Part shown: positions 57,303 through 64,000 of the stretch, one piece after another
How the letters are laid out: every line of letters starts with the position of its first letter
Position numbering within the stretch: the first letter of the stretch is position 1
From: a virus
Lineage: Duplodnaviria > Caudoviricetes
DNA length: 64,000 nt
IMG/VR virus record: IMGVR_UViG_3300006115_000008
Location: 1-64,000 of that record
Reading direction: 5' to 3' (one strand)
The notes under the pieces: generated by a model
What the model was told of the DNA's origin: nothing
Seen by the model: the letters and a program-made list of their open reading frames with translations, nothing else
The model's database searches: none
Program-made: the position numbers and the translations under genes

Positions 57303-57310
57303 TATAAATA
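57303..57310 (+). promoter_or_regulatory. T4 late promoter TATAAATA
   Basis: Exact consensus, followed by a hairpin-containing leader and an AAGGAG RBS. Confidence 0.7.
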
Positions 57311-57370
57311 TTATTGTGACAACAGTCACAAGCTCGTGTTTAACACACATACACACAAAGGAGAAAAACT

Positions 57371-57598
57371 ATGAGCAAAACACCATTTGAAATTCGTCTT
57401 GAACTTTTAAAACTCGCAAAAGATTCTTTATTTGAACCCGTTTACCACAAACGTGATGCACTTAAAGATGAATTCTTTAGTAAACAGACAGATGAAAATA
57501 AAGGTACGATACCTTTTCCAACTTTACCTGGCTTTCCGAGTACAGATGATATTATTGTAGAAGCTGAAAAACTTAACAAGTTTATAAGCCAACAATAA
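57371..57598 (+). CDS. Small hypothetical phage protein
   Basis: 75 aa, MSKTPFEIRLELLKLAK...P..DDII..AEKL..FI, with its own promoter, RBS and terminator. Confidence 0.8.
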   Translation: MSKTPFEIRLELLKLAKDSLFEPVYHKRDALKDEFFSKQTDENKGTIPFPTLPGFPSTDDIIVEAEKLNKFISQQ

Positions 57599-57602
57599 TA
57601 GG

Positions 57603-57621
57603 AGCCCCGCAAGGGGCTTTT
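57603..57621 (+). terminator. Rho-independent terminator
   Basis: AGCCCC-GCAA-GGGGCT followed by a T-run, at a convergent junction. Confidence 0.8.
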
Positions 57622-57622
57622 G

Positions 57623-58582
57623 CTATTGTTTACGACAATACGTTTCTATAAATTCTCGTTCTTGTTGACTCAAATGTACCTCAGTTACAACGCCAAAGTG
57701 TTCATTTTTTACTGGTAAATTTGAGTGCCTACTAGAGTGATCCCATAAAAATTCAGTATTGGAATCTAAGAAAATATTGTTTCCTTCACCAACGGCTAAA
57801 TCAATAATTTTTCTTTGAAATTCGGATTGAGATAAATTTAATAATTCGCTCAATGATGTGGGGAACCAAGTATACGGGTCAACTTGAAATCTATGTGCTT
57901 GATATTTCAAGTCTGGATAATCCACTTTGCCATCTGGTCCATGGTGCCACGGAAGTACTATGGTTGGGATTTTTAAGAGATGTGATAGTTGGCAAACTCC
58001 TCCCTCGTATCCAATTACCGCAGCGCAATGTTGATTTAGTAAATATACTTTTTCTTCAATGGTACCGCTTTGAATAAACATAACCTCATAGCCATAAGAC
58101 ATTAACAAGTCAGCAATTTTACACCATTGTGCTCTTGTATAAAAACGGCAGTAGGGCATTACGTTACTGTTGAGTAATGGTAATTCGTCATCTCTCAAAT
58201 AGATATTATTGGCTATTCCAATATATCTTTTGTCTAGTCTATTTTTATAATCAATATCCCAAGTTCGTCCAAGTACATTAATAGTATCGGAACTAAAATA
58301 TGGACTGATAATTTTGGTCATGTCCGTAAATATGTTTGCTAGATTACTTGAACTATTTTTTCTTTCAATTAATTCTTGGCCAGGGTTATGTTCTAAAGTT
58401 AAGTCAATTGGAAATCTTTGAGACAAACTAAAAATTTTAACCAATTCAAAAATAGTAGTATGCTCATCATTCCACGGTTTGATAATGGTGATTTTTGTTG
58501 GTTGTTTAGAGTCAACTATTAGAGACAAGTGCATTAGTCCCATCCCCAATGATCTATCAGTGTCGAAGATCCACTCAAGCAT
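57623..58582 (-). CDS. Putative glycosyltransferase (GT9/GT-B-like)
   Basis: W..IADLL...GYEV...AAVIGYEGGVCQLSHLLKIPTIVL resembles the GT9 C-terminal motif; TATAAATA at 58609-58616 (-). Confidence 0.5.
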   Translation of the reverse strand: MLEWIFDTDRSLGMGLMHLSLIVDSKQPTKITIIKPWNDEHTTIFELVKIFSLSQRFPIDLTLEHNPGQELIERKNSSSNLANIFTDMTKIISPYFSSDTINVLGRTWDIDYKNRLDKRYIGIANNIYLRDDELPLLNSNVMPYCRFYTRAQWCKIADLLMSYGYEVMFIQSGTIEEKVYLLNQHCAAVIGYEGGVCQLSHLLKIPTIVLPWHHGPDGKVDYPDLKYQAHRFQVDPYTWFPTSLSELLNLSQSEFQRKIIDLAVGEGNNIFLDSNTEFLWDHSSRHSNLPVKNEHFGVVTEVHLSQQEREFIETYCRKQ

Positions 58583-58642
58583 AATTTAAATTCTCAGTCA
58601 TTGAATATTATTTATAGCAGTATTTTTCACAGTAAATACAAT

Positions 58643-59335
58643 ATGAAAAATCTAATTGTTATTGGTGATAGTTGGCCCGCAGGAAACGAACTTGAAAATC
58701 CACACAAAGACGCTTTTCCAGTTAAAATTAAAGAAGAATTGGGTTTTGATAATGTAATAAATCTTGCTGAAGGGGGTTCAAGTTTACAACATTATTTTTT
58801 ACAAATAAAAAAGTTTTACACAGTTAAAAAATTATATCCCCATCATTCCAAATATGAATTATTGGTTTGTATGACCAGTTGTGTTAGAGATTTATATTTT
58901 GATGAAGCAGGTCAACCAAATGAAATTATTCCCACAGATCGTTCTAAAATAGAATTTTATGCAAAAATGTTTAACTATCCCGAAACAGCAAAATTATTTT
59001 GGTATAGAACAGTGTTTATGATGCAAAATTGGGCAAGGCAAAATGGCATAAAAGATCATTTTGTACAAATGTTTGAAACCCCACCTATGGATGCTGATTA
59101 CAACGCAATAATAGATTTTAAGTCTGTTTATGCGGGTGCTAGAACTAATATGGCAGCAATTTTGTCAGAAAAAGCCGGCGATGTGTATGATGAAAGTTTT
59201 AAATTACATCATGGTGCTAGAATACCTCACGGGTCAACCACATATCAAAAATATTTTGCCCCTAGTCATTTTCATCCAAATATACTAGGGCATCAAGAAA
59301 TTGCAAATGAAATAATAAAATTTATGCACAGATGA
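58643..59335 (+). CDS. SGNH hydrolase-like protein (ORF track start 58601; ATG at 58643 preferred)
   Basis: LIVIGDSW..G.EL...NLAEGGSS...HFHPNILGH; TAAATA 4 nt before the ATG. Confidence 0.7.
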   Translation: MKNLIVIGDSWPAGNELENPHKDAFPVKIKEELGFDNVINLAEGGSSLQHYFLQIKKFYTVKKLYPHHSKYELLVCMTSCVRDLYFDEAGQPNEIIPTDRSKIEFYAKMFNYPETAKLFWYRTVFMMQNWARQNGIKDHFVQMFETPPMDADYNAIIDFKSVYAGARTNMAAILSEKAGDVYDESFKLHHGARIPHGSTTYQKYFAPSHFHPNILGHQEIANEIIKFMHR

Positions 59336-60027
59336 AAAAATTATTAGTAACATTTGGTGATAGTTGGACATATGGGTCAGAATTAGATAAACCATCAGAA
59401 CAAAATTGGACTTCAACTGTTGGTAAATATCTACTAGCAGAAACTTTAAATTTGGGATGTCCTGCAAGTAGTATAGGACATTTAGCAGTACAACTTTTTC
59501 AATATGTAGATCAAGTTGAAAAATATAAAGAATATAAAAAAATTTTCATGATTGGTCTTACTGGTACAACACGTCATCTGTCTTACAGTAATACGTTGAA
59601 AGAGTTTATAAACATAACACCCGAAGCAAATTATAGAACAAACAATATACACACATCTGGTAGACCACCCGAAATAGTTAAAGAACTTGATAAACTATCA
59701 ATTGAAATGTATAAGGTAGTTGAATGTGTTGAGTATAACAAATACATTTTGAAACAAACTATGATGTTGTTTCAAAATTATTGTGAAATAAATTCTATAG
59801 ACACAATATTTTTTAGCTATTTTGACTATTTGCCCATGAATGATTTTAAAATTAATTATTATCCAGAATCATTGACTAAAACTCTTACTGGAAATGAATA
59901 TACATTGCCTGACATACGAGAAAATCAGTATTTTTCTGGCAAATTATTCCATCCCAATGAACTCGGGCATATCAAAATAGCAGAATTATTACATGAGTTT
60001 TACACCAAAGTTTATCCGGGGAATTGA
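59332..60027 (+). CDS. SGNH hydrolase-like protein
   Basis: LVTFGDSWTYGSEL...NLGCPASS...FHPNELGH. Confidence 0.7.
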   Translation: MKKLLVTFGDSWTYGSELDKPSEQNWTSTVGKYLLAETLNLGCPASSIGHLAVQLFQYVDQVEKYKEYKKIFMIGLTGTTRHLSYSNTLKEFINITPEANYRTNNIHTSGRPPEIVKELDKLSIEMYKVVECVEYNKYILKQTMMLFQNYCEINSIDTIFFSYFDYLPMNDFKINYYPESLTKTLTGNEYTLPDIRENQYFSGKLFHPNELGHIKIAELLHEFYTKVYPGN

Positions 60028-60982
60028 AGGCGATGATATTCCCTATCATTTGAGTTTACTGGGCTATGATGTAAACGCCATTCCTGACAGATATTATTTC
60101 TTCCCCTTAAACGATCACTACAACACACACGGCTCAGATTGGTTTAAAGAACAAACACAAATAGCAAGAGCACACGAGGTTGTGGTATTTTACGACCTTG
60201 TCAATATAGGCGACCAAGAGTTTAAAAACTTTTACTCTACAGTTAAAAATTTTGAACATCCTAGAAAAGTTTGGCTAACAGTAAATCAAAGCAAAGATAT
60301 ATTGCCAATTCTAGATACTACTATTGTACAATGGGATTTTATGTGGAACAGAATCAAGGCCTACTATACAGAAACAGTACCAGATAATCTAACACTACAT
60401 CATTTTAATCGAGGCAGTTATCAATTATTTGATTTGGATTTTACTACAAAAAGAAGTCGAAAATTTTTATCATTACTAGGCAGAGAATATGGTATCCGTA
60501 AAGACTTATACGAAGAAGTCAAAGACTACAATGGATATGTTAGCAACAGAGCCAGGAATATATTTTTAGAAGGTGAGGCAGTTGTTGGTGCGTACACCCC
60601 AGTGCCAAAGCACTTTTACCAAGATAGTTATTTTAGCATATATGTTGAAAGCAATTACTACCAACAGTCACTAATTCACCTAACAGAAAAAACATTTGAG
60701 CCACTACTCAAAGGACATTTTATATTGCCCTATACAAATTCCAATGCTTTGAACAGACTAGAAGATATGGGATTTCAGTTCCCCAGTGATATTAATTATG
60801 CTTTTACTCAAGACCTTGCGTTACAGAATAGATTTATATATCTAATAGAAGAATTTCAAAAATTATTATCAGTCAATCTAGGCGATATGTATTATCATTA
60901 CCGAGACTTGCTACAACACAATCAAAATTGTTTGTATGAAATACCTTATGATCGTAGAATACTTGAGGTGTTTGATGTATAA
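59993..60982 (+). CDS. Putative glycosyltransferase (GT10-like family)
   Basis: Y.DSYFSIYVES...HLTEKTFEPLLKGHFILP...L..MGF. Confidence 0.55.
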   Translation: MSFTPKFIRGIEGDDIPYHLSLLGYDVNAIPDRYYFFPLNDHYNTHGSDWFKEQTQIARAHEVVVFYDLVNIGDQEFKNFYSTVKNFEHPRKVWLTVNQSKDILPILDTTIVQWDFMWNRIKAYYTETVPDNLTLHHFNRGSYQLFDLDFTTKRSRKFLSLLGREYGIRKDLYEEVKDYNGYVSNRARNIFLEGEAVVGAYTPVPKHFYQDSYFSIYVESNYYQQSLIHLTEKTFEPLLKGHFILPYTNSNALNRLEDMGFQFPSDINYAFTQDLALQNRFIYLIEEFQKLLSVNLGDMYYHYRDLLQHNQNCLYEIPYDRRILEVFDV

Positions 60983-61844
60983 ATTTTATAACACTTTGAG
61001 CTTTGAGCAATCAATCGACCATAGGCACACAGATTGGAGTGTAGACGATCCTTATAGTTATAGATGCTGGTATGAAGAAGATATACAAGGCCGTGACGGT
61101 TTACTAATACAAGTTGGAGATTCTTGGACTTGGGGAGATCATTTGGGACGAATAGATTGGAATAAAGCCAGTAACGATCCTGTGCGTATGGAACAAATAG
61201 TAGGACGACAATTGAGTAACCTAATGAATGCAGATTGGGTCAACCTAGCAAGACCAGGATGTAGCAATTATTGGATGCTAGAACAACTATTAGACATAGA
61301 GCATTTGTTAGCGACTCGAGACAATATTACCGTTGTAATAACTCTAACAGAAGATTTACGGGAAGCAACTCATACTCGTCGCATAAATGTAAATGATGCT
61401 TACGCAGAATTTTGGCAAAGATCAACTAGTATACAGGATTTTTTAACGCAGGTGGAAACCTATTTGTACAACAACCTCGAAGCGTATATAACACGTAACC
61501 CAAACGTAAAATTTATAGTAAGCAGAGCGTTCACAGACTCGTGGACGCACCGTCCTTGGTTATTAGATAAAACTTGGTGCGATGTAATACAAGATGCTAT
61601 TGCGTTTGACAATTATCAAAAACCAGTTCCTTTTATAGGACAAATGAGCATTGACCCACTTGCCAATAAGTTTATTTCTACCAAGCCCGAACGCAAATCA
61701 GAATTCTTAGACATAATGGAACGTGTAGGTACACGTTGGAATTTTCTTGGGGCAAGTGAGTATAATCTAAAAGGCAGTACATACCATCCTAATCCTGCAG
61801 GGCACAAACTATGGGCCGAGTATCTTTTCTCTAAGTTAGCATAA
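60975..61844 (+). CDS. SGNH hydrolase-like protein (ORF track start 60936; ATG at 60975 has a GAGG RBS)
   Basis: VGDSWTWGD...NLARPGCSN...YHPNPAGHKLWAEYL. Confidence 0.7.
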   Translation: MYKFYNTLSFEQSIDHRHTDWSVDDPYSYRCWYEEDIQGRDGLLIQVGDSWTWGDHLGRIDWNKASNDPVRMEQIVGRQLSNLMNADWVNLARPGCSNYWMLEQLLDIEHLLATRDNITVVITLTEDLREATHTRRINVNDAYAEFWQRSTSIQDFLTQVETYLYNNLEAYITRNPNVKFIVSRAFTDSWTHRPWLLDKTWCDVIQDAIAFDNYQKPVPFIGQMSIDPLANKFISTKPERKSEFLDIMERVGTRWNFLGASEYNLKGSTYHPNPAGHKLWAEYLFSKLA

Positions 61845-61847
61845 ATA
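61842..61847 (+). promoter_or_regulatory. T4-like late promoter motif followed by a structured leader
   Basis: CATAAATA overlaps the upstream stop codon; AAGGAG RBS before 61919. Confidence 0.6.
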
Positions 61848-61918
61848 CTAAGTTCACAAGAACTCTCGGAGCACCAACTTCGGGTAGCCTAGAACGCTAT
61901 TTTTAAGGAGAAAATAAA

Positions 61919-62623
61919 ATGGCAAAATTAAAAATCACAAACACAAGCACTGACGGTATCGTACATGACCGTTATACAGGACCCGAATACACCAATGGTG
62001 CATACATTGGCGGTACAGGTGGTAACACTAGCCAAGCAGGTCGTCAAATTAGTCCAACAGTTAAAGTTGGATCAAATGCTGCTGGCGCGGGCTCAATTAT
62101 GTTGCAAAAAGGCATACACAGATTTGAAGTAAACGATGGCACAAACGTTGGAAGATGTACACTAGTTAACCTAGCAACTCCTACGGTTAATAACACAATG
62201 AGTATTGCAGTTACATTAAACGTAATTACTTCTGCAAACGTTATTGCTGCTAACGTAGTTGGTAATGCTACTAGCACCTATGTTACATACGCAACTGCAA
62301 ACGTAGTTGGTCCAGCTACAATTGGCGTGAATAGCGTATTACTAGGATTAGGCGGAAATACTGCTGGTTTAGTTACTGCGGTTAACCCAACAGTTGCTGG
62401 TTTAGCCAACGTTACAATTGCAACAACAGGAAACGTAGCAGCTCAAACAGTGGCTTTTGCTAATAATACTGTTTACGCAAGTCGTATTACCAATCGTTAT
62501 GTTTACGATTTTGGTAGCGATGGCTACTTGAGCTCAAACATCACCGGTGGATACAACCCAAACAAATATCGTTATCACTTGGCTACACCGGATAACACAT
62601 TCGTAATGGTTTCTTACGCTTAA
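61919..62623 (+). CDS. Putative virion structural protein (head decoration-like)
   Basis: 234 aa, T/N/G/A-rich, with a strong RBS and its own late promoter and terminator. Confidence 0.6.
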   Translation: MAKLKITNTSTDGIVHDRYTGPEYTNGAYIGGTGGNTSQAGRQISPTVKVGSNAAGAGSIMLQKGIHRFEVNDGTNVGRCTLVNLATPTVNNTMSIAVTLNVITSANVIAANVVGNATSTYVTYATANVVGPATIGVNSVLLGLGGNTAGLVTAVNPTVAGLANVTIATTGNVAAQTVAFANNTVYASRITNRYVYDFGSDGYLSSNITGGYNPNKYRYHLATPDNTFVMVSYA

Positions 62624-62656
62624 AACAATCAGCTATAAGTGAGTATAGCATAAACT

Positions 62657-62684
62657 TAAAACGGCCTCCGGGCCGTTTTATTTT
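62657..62684 (+). terminator. Rho-independent terminator
   Basis: TAAAACGGCC-TCCG-GGCCGTTTTA-TTTT. Confidence 0.88.
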
Positions 62685-62737
62685 GGCAATTCAATATCTT
62701 TTGCTCAGCTAAATATACAATAAACAAGGTTTTCGCG

Positions 62738-63298
62738 ATGAGTACCACAAAAAGAATTTCTGGAAGCTATACACTCCAAACTATCAATCCTGGGGATCAA
62801 ATCAATATTGATGCCTCTCAAGTATACATCAATGGTAACTTAATTGTAACTGGAAATAGTCAAAGCATTGTTAGTACTGATAGTGCAATTACAGATCACA
62901 CTATTACATTGAATAATGGGGTTACTACCCCAAATCCACTTGGTGCAAATATTATTGTTGCTCGAAGTGCATCTGGTAGCCCAGCCAACGTATTCATTAG
63001 TTGGAACGAATCAATTAAATCTTGGCAACTCTACAACGGAACTGCAATTTCGAATATAGCAACCGCAATTAGTTCGGGAATAACAAGCCTAAGTCAAGAT
63101 ACAAATCCAGTACTAGGCGGAAACTTAAACATAACTGGACATACACTATATACAAACGTATCCAGTGGAAACGTACAAATTTCAGCCAATACTGCTGGTA
63201 GCGGTGGCTCTGGCGTTTATGTAACAAACACTCAAACTACTAACGCAGAATTAGTAACAAAGTCTAAGGCGGTGGCCTATAGCATAGTATTTGGATAG
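62738..63298 (+). CDS. Putative virion structural protein
   Basis: 186 aa; I.GNL.V.G...ITD..ITLN and D..P.LGGNL fibre-type motifs; TAAATA at 62710-62715. Confidence 0.65.
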   Translation: MSTTKRISGSYTLQTINPGDQINIDASQVYINGNLIVTGNSQSIVSTDSAITDHTITLNNGVTTPNPLGANIIVARSASGSPANVFISWNESIKSWQLYNGTAISNIATAISSGITSLSQDTNPVLGGNLNITGHTLYTNVSSGNVQISANTAGSGGSGVYVTNTQTTNAELVTKSKAVAYSIVFG

Positions 63299-63306
63299 GA
63301 ATAAAA

Positions 63307-63627
63307 ATGGCAATACAGAATACAATCTTAACAACGACAGCGGCAAATATATTTGTCAATCAAAGCAGCACAGGAACAAGTGCAATTACAACAATTCACT
63401 TATGCAATTATAGTCCTAATACAGAATTAGTAAACATATATGCAGTACCAATTGGATCTTCTGCTGGTGCAAATACAATTATCTATTCAAATGTTACGCT
63501 AACCGCTTATCAAACTTTAATCGTCTACCAAGAAAAATTTATTTTAGGTAGCATTGGTGATGCCATTATGGCAAATGCAAATACAGCAAACTCAGTAACT
63601 GCAACAGTAAGCTCAATAGGAATTTAA
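63307..63627 (+). CDS. Putative virion structural protein
   Basis: 106 aa beta-rich ORF with an AGGA RBS. Confidence 0.65.
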   Translation: MAIQNTILTTTAANIFVNQSSTGTSAITTIHLCNYSPNTELVNIYAVPIGSSAGANTIIYSNVTLTAYQTLIVYQEKFILGSIGDAIMANANTANSVTATVSSIGI

Positions 63628-63629
63628 TA

Positions 63630-64000
63630 ATGGCAAGATTTTTAAAAAATCCAAGACCCACAGACAACGCCACGTTTGCTATGCAACTGCCTATTGTTCC
63701 TAGCAGCGCATACGGTGACGCTCCTACTAGCGGACTATTAAGATTCAATCAAGCAACAAGTCGAATTGAATTCTATTACAACGGTGCCTGGAGTCAAGTT
63801 GCCAAAATTGGTAGTGTACAGTTAGTAACTGATAGCTTTACTGGTGATGGCGCAACAACCACATTTACAATGAGTCAAGCAGAAAGTGACCCAACTGCAA
63901 TTGCAGTTTTTATTGGTGGCGTTTATCAAATTCCTACAACACACTACTCAGTAAACGGATCAACAATCATTACATTCCAAGCTCCTCCTCCGCAATATAC
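63630..64000 (+). CDS. Putative virion structural protein (3' end runs off the window; not in ORF track)
   Basis: Manual translation MARFLKNP...G.LRFN......EFYYNGAW...FTGDGATTTFT...VFIGGVYQIP...Y...ITF..PP. Confidence 0.75.
   Translation, partial: MARFLKNPRPTDNATFAMQLPIVPSSAYGDAPTSGLLRFNQATSRIEFYYNGAWSQVAKIGSVQLVTDSFTGDGATTTFTMSQAESDPTAIAVFIGGVYQIPTTHYSVNGSTIITFQAPPPQY

Noticed and set aside
1-64000. Stop-codon reassignment, as seen in some large phages
   Set aside because: Core genes are full length in the standard code, coding density is high, and TAA, TAG and TGA all terminate genes.

Overview
This 64 kb window is a fragment of a large, AT-rich T4-like myovirus genome, read in the standard genetic code. 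I found no tRNA, rRNA or CRISPR array. Family assignments come from motif recognition only; no database searches were run. (1) 1-6.5 kb (-): a sigma70-driven accessory operon with a radical SAM enzyme, glycosyltransferase-like and SGNH-like genes. (2) 6.5-38.1 kb (-): a tail-fibre/baseplate module with three paralogous fibre proteins, a sedolisin (S53) protease fused to a virion-type domain, a split glycine-rich adhesin, a 4061-aa wedge protein, and gp6, gp25, gp5, hub, gp53 and gp48/54-like genes. (3) 38.2-46.8 kb (+): the gp55 late sigma factor, gp47/gp46 split by an accessory cassette, a radical SAM enzyme and a GIY-YIG nuclease. (4) 46.76-47.2 kb: an ORF-free, densely base-paired region behind its own late-promoter motif. 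It carries a twice-repeated AGTGACTG-N8-GGATGAA module and is the best candidate for an undescribed structured RNA system. (5) A gp26-like gene with a probable -1 programmed frameshift (T TTT TTC), divergent from a tape-measure gene that ends in an M15 peptidase. (6) 51-57.2 kb: the head module (gp20, gp21, gp22, gp23). (7) 57.6-61.8 kb: more SGNH/GT-like genes, then further virion genes to the window end. TAAATA late-promoter motifs and several apparently leaderless transcripts are visible.
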